Origin: Octopus vulgaris
Lineage: Eukaryota
Assembly: GCA_951406725.2 (NCBI GenBank)
Contig: OX597822.1
Location: forward strand, 116,250,001 to 116,314,000
Direction of reading: 5' to 3'
Length of the DNA stretch: 64,000 nt
In this document: in pieces, positions 1 to 16,520 of the stretch
Layout of the letters: each line of letters begins with the position of its first letter
How positions within the stretch are numbered: the first letter of the stretch is position 1
Made by a program: the position numbers and the translations under genes
Notes under the pieces: model-generated
What the model saw: the letters and a program-made list of their open reading frames with translations, nothing else
What the model was told of the DNA's origin: nothing
Databases searched by the model: none

Positions 1-828
1 GCCTCATTATCATTTTATTGTATCATATCATAAAAACTTCCCAGCATAACCTACTTTTTTTTTTTTGTAAATTTGTGTTCCTGCATGATTACCCAAGCAT
101 ACCATTTTAGGAAAAGATACATTAAATAATAGATATATTGCTAACGCTTGCTTCTGTTTGCTTGCTGCAGCTAGTGCTCTTGTTTTGATGGGGGTGAGCT
201 CATCTCAAGTTAGTGGTCCCAGAGACATCATGTGTAGAGCCAACCTGGTCCACCAGTGCTCTCTACTGCTGGCGGTCCCATGCCAGCCTCTCAACAACCA
301 GCTGGGTACAATACACTCAAAAGACAAAAATGATGGTACCATCAGGTCAGGAATGCCTAAGATCATTGATCTGTTCAATCAAGGCCGACTTGGTGGTAAA
401 CAACAATTTCTAAATGCCTTATAAATCACATAGAGGGGCACATAGTTCTTCATTTATTCAACAAAGACATACATTAAGCAAAATTTAAGAAATAGTTATT
501 ATAAATCTCAAACAATGCCCTTATTAACTATCATAGAAACAAAAAAGGAATTAAATGAGTTGCAATGTCAACACAGCCAAATACAGATGTCATCATTATA
601 AAAAATCATTTATACAATATCAGACTTGATGAGTTTAACACTAAAACAACTTTCAAACCAGTCTTGTCATGCGAGCTGTTATAAAAACCACAGATTCAGT
701 AACAAGATGGATCAACACTATTGAGAGCATTCATCCAAAGTGTCTGTGCTGTTTAATCTTTACCCAGCAGAAGACTTGAGCACTGCAAGCTAATCAAATA
801 CTTATTCACTGTACAGTCATCTCAATCC

Positions 829-1058
829 TTAACCCTAGAGCATTCAGATTATTCTGGCATATGTAATGATTATTTATTCCTGTTGTTTCTGAATTTATCC
901 TGCGTTATCTCATTGCTTTGAGGTTACGGTTATGTGACTGTTTATTTTGAGACCAACACTGTAGGGTAGATGTGAAAGGCTGGATCTGGTCAGCTTAAGC
1001 ATAGAACAGGAAGAATATTTTGGCCTGATATGGCTGGTTTAAATGCTAAAGGGTTTAA
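829..1058. mobile_element. TTAA-flanked MITE (piggyBac-like, non-autonomous)
   Basis: Ends ttaaccctagagcatt ... aatgctaaagggtttaa are imperfect terminal inverted repeats with TTAA. Related copies lie at 52145-55714 (split by Gypsy) and about 62180-62420. Confidence 0.65.
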
Positions 1059-1481
1059 CTGATTGAGCTACACCTACTTATGGTATCTTGTAAAGAGCCA
1101 AACGGATTGGTCTATGCTTGGCCTTAGTCAAAAGAGTAACACCAAAGGCACAGTACAAGCAATTTACATTCTGAGTAGCTTTATCTAACAATATATCAAA
1201 GCAGTGACAAAAGGGTTGCTTCACTATCATCACCACAACTACTACCACTACTATTACTACTACCACCACTACTACTACTGCTACTACCACTACTACTGCT
1301 CTACCTAGTGTCAAGATTCTCACCACCTGATATTCAATGCTTAAATCTCCTTCTCTTCAATCTAGTCGTATGTCTTCCATTCCCGTTCTATTCGTTTGCC
1401 AGAGTTGATTTAATATTCTTGGCTTTGGTTTGGAACTTTGAAACTTTCTGCCATTGACTTTTTCAAATTATCTCTGATCCC

Positions 1482-1815
1482 TTATCTTTTACTCGTTTCA
1501 GTCATTAGGCTGCGGCCATGCTGGGGCTCTGCCTTGAGGAATTTTAATCAAACAAATCAACCCCAGTACTTATTATTTTTTTTTTAAGCCTGGTACTTTA
1601 TCAGTCTCCTTTGCTGAACCACTAATGTTACAGGGACATAAACTCAGCTGTCAAGTGATGGTGGGGGGTGTGGGCAAACACAGACACAAAGACACACACA
1701 CACACATATCCGACAGTTTTCTTTTAGTTTCCATCAATCAAATGCACTCACAAAGTTTTGGTCAGACCAAGGCTATAGCAGAAGTCCCTGGCCTAAGCTG
1801 CCACACCTGTGCCTA
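1482..1815 (-). mobile_element. tRNA-derived SINE, family A (internally deleted)
   Basis: Reverse complement matches the copies at 41393-41785 and 58710-59095, including the cagcatggccgcagcctaatgactgaaacgagtaaaag tail. Confidence 0.7.
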
Positions 1816-2308
1816 CCTAGCTTTTTCCTTGTTCTTTTCTTTATTTCGTTTTTTTAAGAGTCCTTTTTTTCGTTGATGTTTTATAACTTCAGAGGAATAA
1901 ACACATAAAAAAATATAAGACAAAATTTTTCAGTCTGCTTTTTCAAGTGGGAATTTATTAATGTGGCTAATCCCATGTATGTTAACCCTAACCCTTTTCT
2001 ATTCATATTTGGGTTTCACAATACATAATTCACATGTAGTGTTTTGGGATGAATTGTGTACAAAGGATTTTAGATAGAAAAATATATTTGCTATATGGAA
2101 TGGAAATCTCCAATTCCTTAATATATTGTCAATTTCAATCGATGGAGTGGTAAGGACAAAATTATTAAAATTCATGTTATATATTATTGATAATTATTAG
2201 CAAATGATTAATGATGAAAAGGATTTTATTTTGTTCGTTTTATTATGTCTTAAATCATCACTATATTTTCACCTATTTTGCATGAAATAATACAAAAAGT
2301 TAGCTCAC

Positions 2309-2355
2309 CATGTAGTAAGGGATAGTATAATGAATAGGGAAGATGTAATCTCCAT
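2309..2355 (-). CDS. Putative first coding exon of a host gene; signal-peptide-like MEITSSLFIILSLTT(W/C), phase-2 donor
   Basis: ATG at 2355-2353, a hydrophobic 15-codon run, then TG|GTGAGC donor. A candidate acceptor ttaccttag lies upstream, giving exon 2430-2309. No downstream exon was found in the window. Confidence 0.35.
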
Positions 2356-3912
2356 AGCCACTTAATTGATGGAGGAGCTATCCAGCTTTATCTGCACTAA
2401 AAATGCTTCTTGATAATTTTCTCCAATATTCTAAGGTAAGATTTATTTCAGCAATATGAATATCAAAGTTGGTTTATGTTTTGTTTTGTTTTTCAAACGT
2501 TTGAATGGAGAAACGATGTTTGACATCACTTCCATAAAATTCAGTGGTTAAAGTATTTTTCTGGTGAATATTTTAAATGAAAATGCATCTTAAACTAATT
2601 ACGCTCTTTGGAAACTCATATTTCGGTTTACATGTCCTCATTTAATGTATAACAATGTCAAAGAACAGCAGTGAAAGGAATGGTTTCCAGAAAGAGAACA
2701 GAGGGAAATTCATAAAACCTTTCTCTTCCAAAATTTTTTGAAGAAACCAGACCTGAACATCCCAAGCCATCTTCATGACTAAAACTCCATTGACTATTTA
2801 CTTTTGTTTATTCCAATACAAGCATTCTTTATAATAACAGTAGAGACTTATTACAGTCTCACCTGTGAACAAAGGACAAAAGACAAAATACTCTGAATGA
2901 AATTAAAGCATTTTTGCCAGAAATATAATAATGGCTATTTGGTAAACCATATTTAACAAAATTTAAATATCTTTATGTTTCAGGTTTTGCATGTTTGTAT
3001 AACATGTAGTTGGAGTAATTATGCAAACTAGAAGCAAAGGGAAATTACTCAAGTGGGCCAATCACATGAATTTAAAAAATCAAAATACATGGTGATGTAC
3101 TGAATGACATACCCGAAAAAATTTTAATGAATTGAAATTTGCCTCTTAGTTAATGATGTAAGACATAAAAAAAAGCCTAGTGACCATTGTTAGTTAACCC
3201 CCACCCACTCAAGAAGAGGGGAGATAATTTTAAGAATTTATAGGTTTAGTAGGAAAATCTTATCTTTGTTAGCAAACAAAGACAAAGCTATAGACATGTT
3301 TCAAATTTATTAGATCTCATAAGTATAGCAGAGACATTTTGCTTTGTTTTTGTTTGTTTCTTTCTCTGACGGTTTTTTTCTTTCTTTTTTGTATTTTTCC
3401 TAGTTTGCTTTCATCAATGGACATTGATATTTTACAATTAAAAGAAGCTTTACAAGGAAAATGTGAGCTAATTTGAATATTTCTAAAAGTGAGCTTTTTT
3501 GCAGAGCTCATTCAGTATATCATTTCCTTTCTGGAAATGGAGTGGTTTTGAGATAAGAATTTCATATTAGATAGATACAAGAACATTTTCACATACCACT
3601 TGCTAAAATAAGTTGTTGTTTTAAAAAAACTGTCTAGATTTATGATTACCATGTTTGCCAGCATAAAAGATGAACTTTCACAAAAGACACAGCCCTATTT
3701 TCCAAGTGTATTTAGTGGGGGGGAAAAAAAAAGAAACAAATTTAGTATATTTGATCATACACTTATTGAAAGGTATTTTGAAGTAATTTTGTTGAAGAAA
3801 CTATGATTTCATTCACGTAAATACAATATGTGATGGTGTATAACTATAAACTTATCATATAGAAGCCACTTAAATACAAGTATCCCTTTTGTGTGCATGT
3901 GTGTACAAATAG

Positions 3913-3953
<41 letters not shown>

Positions 3954-4243
3954 CATGCACATGCAGTGTCTCCTTGCAGACAATTAATACAAGGGAGAGA
4001 TAATGATTTCTCCATAATATTTGGTGGGATTAGAAATTTGGATTTGAAATTAAGGAATAAGGAAGAAGATACATAAAAAATATAGAGAGAGATTGAATAA
4101 ACAGAAGAAATAGCACTCAATACAAGAACATATATACTTTTTAATTATTTTCAATCAGCAGACAGTTACAAAAGTGACTCGAGAGTTTTGCTTATGGCAC
4201 TTATCAAACTGATTTCAAATCTAGGAACATAAAACAGGTTAGC

Positions 4244-4362
4244 AACATAATCGGGCTAACAACATAATCGGGCTAACAACATAATCGGGCTAACAACATA
4301 ATCGGGCTAACAACATAATCGGGCTAACAACAAAATCGGGCTAACAACAAAATCGGGCTAAC
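4244..4362. repeat. 17-bp minisatellite (aacaWaatcgggctaac) x7
   Basis: Seven head-to-tail units read directly. Confidence 0.95.
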
Positions 4363-4825
4363 AACTATCTCACATTTTAAGGAATCAAGAATGAGTTTAT
4401 TTCCAGTTTTTATGCAATTGTGTGGTTTATGACTACAATTAAAGTGTTCTAATCATACTTGAGCTGATATCTATATAACCAAAATTATAACTACAAAAAT
4501 TGAAAGTTAATATTTTCAGTTATTAATTATTTACTTATTTACTTTGCTATGAAAATGGTTTGACATTTTTATTCCCTAATGCCACATATCCAAATCATAC
4601 AAGAGGAAAATAATAATTCATTTTGAGCCAAATTGGTAGGACATTTGGATGGTTGGATGGTTTCACAGACTCAGATATTTGCATGAATGGTTTAAGCAGA
4701 TGTTTCTACAGTTGGATAACTTTTAGCAACAAGACTTTTAAATTTGAAGTAGATGTGTTATTTATCCATAACATAAATTAAGGAAGATATTTTGTCTCAA
4801 TAAACATCACTATTAGTCTAATCAC

Positions 4826-5140
4826 CATCATCATCATCATCGTTTATTATCCACTTTCCATGCTGGCATGGGTTGGACGGTTTGATTGAGGACTGGCAAG
4901 CAAGAAGGCTGTACCAGGCTCCATTCTGATATGGAAAGGTTTCTACAGATGGATGCCCTTCCTAACACCAAACAGAGTATAGTGGGTGCTTTTTACATGT
5001 CACCGGCATGAGGGCCAGTCAGGTGGTACTGACATCAACCATGCTTGAATGGTGCTTTTTACATGCCATCAACACAGGAGCCAGTCAGACAGCACTGGAA
5101 ATGGCCACGCTCAAATGGTGCTTTTTATATTCCACCATCA
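4826..5140 (-). mobile_element. RTE LINE 3'-UTR fragment with (GAT)n tail
   Basis: Matches the 3' end of the RTE copy at 8240-10030. Confidence 0.8.
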
Positions 5141-6198
<1,058 letters not shown>

Positions 6199-6363
6199 GT
6201 TGTATACTGTCAATCTAACACGAACGTGACAGTAGGGGGGTACACCACCGCTGTATAGCCCTAGGAAGCATCGACGCCTCCTGATGGCTTTGACACATTT
6301 TTCCCTGTGTCCTTATATACATTTACGAAGGGGAGACAAACACCCCCGGCCGCCGGAGCTGCA

Positions 6364-6408
6364 TCTAGGGACATGTGTTTCAGGATTATTGTCCTTCTTC
6401 GGCCTAGA
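6364..6408 (-). ncRNA. Minimal type I hammerhead ribozyme motif (U4C variant) in a short repeat at about 6195-6447
   Basis: Minus strand reads TCTAGG-CCGAAGA-AGGA caataa TCCT-GAA-AC ACAT GT-C-CCTAGA: 6-bp stem I, 4-bp stem II, 2-bp stem III, GUC site. Confidence 0.6.
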
Positions 6409-6448
6409 GTAGCAGACACCGGTCAGCTGGTGATACTTGTCTCGACTT

Positions 6449-7547
6449 CATCATCATCATCATCATCATCGTTTAGCGTCCGTTTTCCATGCTAGCATGG
6501 GTTGGACGGTTCTACTGGGGTCTGTGAAGCCAGAAGGCTTCATCAGGCCCAGTCAAATCTGGCAGTGTTTCTACGGCTGGATGCCCTTCCTAACGCCAAC
6601 CACTCCGTGAGTGTAGTGGGTGCTTTTTACGTGCCACCCGCACTGGTGCCAGACAGAGCTGGCAAACGGCCACGAACGGATGGTGCTTTTTATGTGCCAC
6701 CACGGCACGAGGGCCAGGCGAGGCTGGCAACGGACACGAAACGGGGCGGTGCTTGCAACGGTCGCGAAACGGAAAGTTTTCTTACATGCCACCGGCACTG
6801 GTAACACATCTGCAATTTCCATTGATCGATTTCCATTGATCGATTTCGATTCTGATCCTCACTTGCCTCAACGGGTCTTCACAAGCAGTTTTGACATGCC
6901 ACCGGCACTGGTAGCACATCCGCAATTTCCATTGATCGATTTCGATTCTGATCCTCACTTGCCTCAACACGTCTTCACAAGTAGAGTTTTGTGTCCCAAG
7001 AAGGGAAGGTATGCATACGTAGGCCGGCTCCATCCCATGTAGAAGGCCACGGGTTATGGACTCACTTGTCCTGCCGGGTCTTCTCACGCACAGCACACTT
7101 CCAGAGGTCTCGGTCTCTAGTCATTTCCTCAGTGAGACCTAAAGTTCGAAGGTCGTGCTTCACCACCTCGTCCCAGGTTTTCCTGGGTCTGCCTCTTCCA
7201 CAGGTTCCCTCAACCGCTAGGGTGTGGCACTTTTTCACACAACTATCTTCATCCATTCTCGCCACATGACCATACCAGCGCAAACGTCTCTCTTGCACAC
7301 CACAACTGATGCTTCTTAGGTCCAGCTTTTCTCTCAAGGTACTTACACTCTGCCGAGTGTGAGTACCGGCATTACACATCCATCGGAGCATACTGGCTTC
7401 ATTTCTAGTGAGCTTACGCATATCCTCAGCAGTCACGGCCCATGTTTCACTGCCATGTAGCATGGCTGTTCGTACACACGCATCATACAGTCTGCCTTTC
7501 ACTCTGTGCGAGAGGCCTTTTGTCACCAGCAGAGGTAAGAACTCTCT
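6449..7547 (-). mobile_element. 5'-truncated RTE LINE (ORF2 C-terminus, 3' UTR, (GAT)n tail)
   Basis: ORF 7062-7526 KGRLYDACVRTAMLHGSETW...RLRWYGHVARM...GRGRPRKTW is an RTE RT C-terminus; tail at 6449-6470. Confidence 0.9.
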
Positions 7548-7601
7548 CGTATTGTATATATCTATAATTCAGTGAAGTCTATTCACTGATTATCAAAATA
7601 C

Positions 7602-7632
<31 letters not shown>

Positions 7633-7684
7633 CATATATATATACATACATATATATATATATTTGCACAACAAATATTTAAAC

Positions 7685-8238
<554 letters not shown>

Positions 8239-8239
8239 C

Positions 8240-10130
<1,891 letters not shown>

Positions 10131-10196
10131 TACATATATATATATATTATTGGGGTCGATGTAATCAGCTTAGCACCTTTGTGACAAAATTTGAAA

Positions 10197-10239
<43 letters not shown>

Positions 10240-11140
10240 ATCATTAAATTAAGTATTCTCAGGTTCAAGTGCCTTATTCTTGGCAGTAGCAATGGTCAAT
10301 TCCCTTTAGATCTCTCCTTAACTGCAGTTAAGCCTTATAAACAATAGTAAGCAAACAACATCAAGTGCACATTGTCACCCACATCGACCAATCAAAAGAA
10401 CCTTATGAAAAAGATATAACTTACAACATGCTGTACGTACAGCAGAGATGTGTAATGAGATGCTAAATATGAAGTAATGGCAGTAATGCACAATATTGAT
10501 CCGACTTCAAAGGTCCTTATGAGCTCTCATCTGAAGAGATGGATATGTTGAACTCTGCTTCAGCTATCAATTTGTTATATATAGTCGACTTTGTGGTTGA
10601 ACTTTTTAGGAACGCATCTTCTTATGCCATCCTACTCTAACCACAGTTTTCCTCAGCTAGAAATTACGCTTGAGTCTCTTTTCCTTTCTTTTTTTTTTTC
10701 CTCTTTTTTTTTTTGTCTTTTTTTTATTTCCTATCTCCCTTCTCTGTGCACACAGTTCAATGATTAAGAAAATTACTTCAGCTTGCTCATGATTTAAGAT
10801 CATTCAATGCTTCTGCTAGCATGGAAACTTAGTGAAATAACTTGGCACAGAATAATCAGCCAAGCATGTATTTTCCAAGAGTTACCTACAGACTATATAT
10901 CACTCGGCTAGAGGCAGCAGCAGCAGCAGCAGCAGCAGCAAATAACTGTTTCAGTAGAAATTTGTTTCTCGTGTCAGTCACATGAGGAAGAAATTTGTTA
11001 GGAAAAATAAAATTATCGATTCCATTTAGTTTTAAAGCAAACAATTTGTTTATCCCATTCTAATTACTAAGTCATACAGCTACAGTCATTTCTGTATTTA
11101 AATTATTGAGGACATTTCATCGACTTCTCTTTTGATAGAT

Positions 11141-11551
11141 ATAGGCACAGGTAAGGCTGTGTGGTAAGAAGTTTGCTTCCCAACCACATGGTTCTGGGTT
11201 CAGTCCCACTGCACGAAACTTTGGGCAAGTCTTTTTTTCTAGCCCCAGGCTTACCAAAGCTTTGTGGGTGGATTTGACAGACAGAAACTGAAAGAAGCCC
11301 TTCATATATGTGTATGAGACTGTCTCCTTGCCTTGATATTGCATTATAGTCATAAACAAGTGTCCCTTTCATGCAAGCAGGGTCCTTCATTTCTAATCTG
11401 TGAAAAACATGTTTGGTCATGAGAAAATATTGCCTTACTTAGAAATAGATGAGGGTCAGCTGCAGAAAATCTGCCTCAACAGATTTTGTCCAACCCATGC
11501 GAGCATGGGAAAGTGGACATTAAGACAAGGATGATGATGATGATGATGATG
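11141..11551 (+). mobile_element. tRNA-derived SINE with family-A head and RTE-type (GAT)n tail
   Basis: Head ggctgtgtggtaagaagtttgcttcccaaccacatggttctgggttcagtcccactg; tail caacccatgcgagcatgggaaagtggacattaa...gatgatgat. Confidence 0.7.
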
Positions 11552-12339
11552 CTGGTGGTGGTGGTGGTGGTGGTGGTGGTGATGTAAATTGTGACTTCTA
11601 TAAATCATTCATTTAGGGTACCACTGAACACCGTTGTCATTACAAAAAGTTTTTAGGATTTGGTAAGAGTTCATTCATTTCAAGTTCTACCCACAAACAC
11701 AGAAAAGACACATCACTTTCAGTGCTATCACTGCTTACAGAGGTTTCTACCCAGGGGTAGCTATATACAGGTAAGCAGTGTAGTCCTAACACACAATGTC
11801 TTGATAATTCTATCACAGTATTACCTGTCTGCCCTTCAGCTGATTGTGCAAACTCTTACTTCAGCTTTCTGCATCTCTCTTGATATATAAATGTAACAAT
11901 TAGTTACAAGTTACCTGGCATTCAAACATGAAAAATGTTAGCAATTTGCAGAGACAAAGGTTCAGCATTAATAAGACATCTTTGGATATCCACATCCATC
12001 CTTCCTCTAATGGTTATCTGTTATCACAATACTTTGCTTTTATAATATATCAGTATAAAGCTTCAAACACAGTCTGTATGTAAGAGTATAAAGTTTGGAA
12101 TACAGTTTGTTCTAAAGAACTGTAACAAAGGACTAATTAGGATATTTCCGAAAATACATTCAGTCTGATACTTAGAATATTAATGTTTTACAGTGAAATT
12201 TGTTCAACAATTTCCACTGATATATGAGAAATATCAGCTAAAATGGAAAAGACAGGACAAGAGCAGAGAGAAGAGGAGACAAGAAGAACAGAAAGTGGCT
12301 TAAGAGGTTGCAGAATGTGCACTCTGACAAATAAACTAA

Positions 12340-12467
12340 TACTACTACTACTAATAATAATAATAATAGTAATAATAATAATAAAAATTATTATTATTAT
12401 TATTATTATTACTACTATTATTATTATTACTACTATTATTATTATTACTACTATTATTATTATTATA

Positions 12468-12525
<58 letters not shown>
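12340..12525. repeat. Compound (TAA)n/(TTA)n microsatellite at the 5' flank of the Dong element
   Basis: Direct reading. Confidence 0.9.
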
Positions 12526-15500
12526 GGAATCGGGTGCAGCCTCTCCACGTCCTGATTAATGATACATCTAGTGATGGTATCACAATCAAAACACTGGTAA
12601 TTGCGCCACCTGATAATCACTACCTCATATGAGTGACAATGAAAAAACAAAATATTGTGAATAACGGTGGTAATGAAACTGAAGCCATTGATAGTGACAG
12701 TGTTGCACCCGGCAGGTTCAGAGATTCTGGTCTGGCTCCAGCCTGTCGATATCCAGAAAAGGACCACCACACACAGCATAGATGGAGCAAGCAAATTAAT
12801 GCCGTGATCATGGAGTGTTACTACTGAGCAACCTGGTAGATAAAAACGGTGCTCAAATTAGGGGTTACTGACAACGTATGTATGATCCTTGGAGGAAAAG
12901 GAATTGTTTCAACTCACGGAACAGAGACTATGTGATCAAGCTAGAGCAATAAGAAAAAATCGTTGGTTCAAAGAAGTAGAGCTTGAAGCTATCAAAAAAT
13001 GGGTCTTGGAAAATAGCAGCAGAGATAATGATGAAAATACAGCTCTTATTAATAGAAGTAGTCTCACAGCACAGGAAAGGACCCGTGGTAGTTTATTTGA
13101 TGAGAGACATATAGGTGATCTAAAAGAAGACAATAAAACTAATGGCATCATGACAGATGAACAAAAGGCAATCTACGACAGAATAAAGGCAAGACTACAG
13201 GAGAACGATAGCGACATTATTTGCAAATTAAAAAAGGTTGATCGGTGGAAATTGAACCAAGGAACAAAAAATGTGAATGAAATTCTGAAATACATCAGAA
13301 CAAACAACATCACAGAAGCAAATAATTTGATCAAAGCAGCAAGTATTGTTGTAGCAGAAAACGTGGGTGTTGATGTCAAGAAAAAGAAACACAATGGGAG
13401 TGACAAAAGAAAAGATCCAGGGTGGAAAAGAAGAATCCAGGCAGGGTTAGACATGCTCTCGAGGGAAAGAGAAAGGGGAGCTTAAAAGCGAACAAAAATA
13501 CAGGTCACTGAAAAGGAAGTATAATATTGAAAGAAAGGGCCTGAAAGTGGTAATGGAGGAATTGAAACAGCACCTCATTGCAAAGAAAGCAAAGATGGTG
13601 AGATACGACCAAAGAATGAAGGGTTACCACCAGAATAGATTATTCAGAGTAGATCAGAAGAGATTCTATAAAGACATAAATGGAGAGTGTACAGATGAAA
13701 AATTGATACCAGATAACATTGAAAGTCAAAGGTTTTGGAGAGACATCTGGAGCAAAGACATGGAGCACAAGAAGGATGCTGAATGGTTGCAAGAACGGAA
13801 ACAGACAGTGGTCTGTCCAAAACAGGCAGAACTAGTCATTTTAGTAAGGGAAAGTAAAGGAAATCAGCTATCAAATGAGCAACTAGAAGGCCCTGAGACT
13901 AGATGGAGTTCAAGGCTACTGGGTCAAAAGATTTGGTGAATGTCATGCACGAATAGCTGCACAACTCAACACCTTCTTAAATGCTGACCAAGGAACACCA
14001 GAGAGGGTGGGACATTGGGTAGGACAGTGCTGTGCCTGAAAAACATCACAAAAGCAATACGGTAAACAATTGCAGGGCGATGTCCTGTTTGCCACTTATG
14101 CGGAAATTACTGACTGGAATATTCACAGAGTCAATGTACAAACATCTGAAAAAAAAAATGGAGTCCTGTTACATGAGCAGAAGGGTTGCAAGCGTAAGTG
14201 CAGCGGTACCAAGGATCAACTCCTGATACACAAAACTGTACATAGAGACTGCAAGAGGAGGAAAAGTAACTTAGCCATGTCATGGATCAACTATTGTAAG
14301 GCGTACAATATAATCCCAAACTCTTGGATAATGGAATGTATGAACCTATTTGAGATTGCATCGAATGTTGAGCAATTGCTTGGAAAAAGTATGGCAAAGT
14401 GGAGGACAGACCTGACAGCATATGGAAGAAGTTTACATCATTATCTCTGCTGCAGTTTTCCAAGACCTGTCTTTTGATAGCTTTGAGCTCTACTTCTGTG
14501 AACCAACGATTTTTTTTATTGCTCTAGCTTGATCACATAGTCTCTATTCCGTGAGTTGAAACAATTCCTTTTCCCTCCAAGGATCATACATCAGGAGGAG
14601 CATCTTCCAAGGGGACTGCCTGACCCACTGATCTTTGTACTGTGTATGATACAACTAACACTGATTCTGAGGAAAGCAAAGGCTGGGTATGGATTCAAAA
14701 GCCGCCAACAAAAAGTCAATTACTTGTTATTCATGGATGACCTGAAACTTTATGGTAGACCCGGCAGGACATGTGAGACCATAACCCATGGCCTCAGTCC
14801 ATCTATGCATACCTTTCCTTCTTGGGACACAACACTCATGGAGTGGTTGGCATTAGGAAGGGCATCAAGCCGTAGAAACATTGCCAGATCAGACTGGGCC
14901 TGGTGCAGCCTTCTGGCTTCCCAGACCCCAGTTGCACCATCCAACCCATGCCAGCATGGAAAGCGGATGCTAAACGATGATGATGATGATGATGATGATG
15001 ATGAATACCAAGTCAGTTCCCTCGTTGATATGGTGTATACTTTCAGTGCTGATATCAGAATGGAGTTCAGACTAAGAAAGTGTAGTGTATTAGTCTTGAA
15101 GAGAGGTAAAATCAAATGTATGGACGGGCTAACGGTACCGTCGGGGGAGGTTATGAAGCAGATAGAAGAGATGCGCTATAAGTACTTGGGGATTTTGCAA
15201 ATGGATAAATTGATAGAGAAAGAAATGACAGAAAAATTGAAGGTGGAGTACTTGTGCAGACTGAGACTGATCCTTAAGTTAAAATTAAATGGACAGAATA
15301 AGATTGAAGCTATCAACACCTGGGCAGTTTCACTCCTTAGATATGGAGCAGGGGCAATCACATGGACAGTAGATGAACTAAACAGCTTAGACAGAAAGAA
15401 AGGAAGTTGCTAACTAGATATGGGACACTCCACCCAAAAATGACAGACAGACAGACTGTATGTACCAAGAAAAAGAAGGGGTAGAGGACTTATTGGATGC

Positions 15501-16520
15501 GAACACAGCATTAGAGTAGAAGAAAACAGCATAGCATGGTATGTAAAAAAATGCCACAGAACCGCTATTATCAGAAGTAAGAAGGTCAGGCTTGTGTGGG
15601 ATGAAAGTTTGCAAAGATAAAGCACTATACAAGCAATTGAAAACGAATGAAACTGAAAATAGGTGGGTAAAGAAAAGAATGCATGGACAATTTCATAGGG
15701 ATGTTGAAGATAAGACAGACAGAGAAAAAAGATGGCTGTGGGTGACTAAAAGTGATTTAAAACCGGAAACAGAGGTTCTAATCTGTGCTGCCCAAGAGCA
15801 AGCACTAAGAACAAACTACATAAAATACAGAGTAGACAACACATCAGAAAGTGATAAGTGCAGAATCTGTGGACAAAATTGTGAAACCGTATGGCATATT
15901 ACCAGCCAATGTACGCCACTAGCACAGAAGGAATATAAGAGACGCCATGACAATATAGCAAGGCTTGTCCATTAGACACTTCGCAACAAGTATGGAACTG
16001 ACAGAGAAAAAAATTGTTACAACCACAATCCTGAAGGCATCATCGATAATGATAATGGAAAGATTCTGTAGGATTTTATGATTTAGTGTGACCATGAGAT
16101 TGAGAATAGGAAGCTGGACATAGTCTTAATTGAGAAAGAAAGCAAACGATACTTAATCATAGACATGGCATGCCCAGCTGACAAGGTATGCGATAAGGAA
16201 GAAAGAAAAGTTGATAGGTATGACAGGTTAGCTTGGGCAGTTAAGCAGTTGTGGTTGATGAAAAAGGTGGTATTAGTACCAATAACTGTCGGAGACCTGG
16301 GAACAGTGAGTAAAAATCTTGAGAAGTACATGGAATAAATAGGGGCTGCAATAAGGGTGGACCACTTGCAGAAAACAGTACTGCTTGGAACTGCTCGAAT
16401 ACTCCAGATGGTGCTCGAAAAATAAGAGGTGTTACCTTAGTTCGGTAGTGAACAGCTGACACCATCGTACATCTCCAGCATGAGAAGTTGTGCAAAGGCA
16501 ATGATAATAATAATAATCAT
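12526..16520 (+). mobile_element. Near-full-length, decayed R4/Dong-clade non-LTR retrotransposon (RT plus restriction-like endonuclease)
   Basis: TEQRLCDQARAIRKN; EQKGCKR...GTKDQLL; LLFMDDLKLY; AAQEQALRTNY...CRICGQNCETVWHITSQC...YKRRHDNIA (CCHC plus RHD); RKLDIVLI...IIDMACP (PD-D/ExK). Ends in (TAA)n, the known Dong target repeat. Confidence 0.9.
14757..15002 (+). mobile_element. Short RTE 3' fragment inserted in the Dong RT region
   Basis: Interrupts LKLYG|DEYQVSSL; carries the RTE 3'-UTR end and (GAT)n tail. Confidence 0.85.

Noticed and set aside
158-424. 88-aa plus-strand ORF
   Set aside because: No recognisable motif or splice context; probably an old repeat remnant.
10429-10444. 16-bp perfect palindrome tgctgtacgtacagca and nearby (GCA)n at about 10914-10940
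   Set aside because: Isolated; no evidence of function from the sequence alone.
12526-12600. HDV-like ribozyme at the Dong 5' end, as known for some R2/R4 elements
   Set aside because: Two hairpins are visible (aatcggg/cctgatt and gatac/gtatc), but I could not assign P2, P3 and P1.1 convincingly.
14556-15413. Longest ORF (285 aa) as a functional chimeric gene
   Set aside because: It is a patchwork of the inverted patch, decayed Dong RT and an RTE UTR insert; the flanking Dong frames carry stops and frameshifts.
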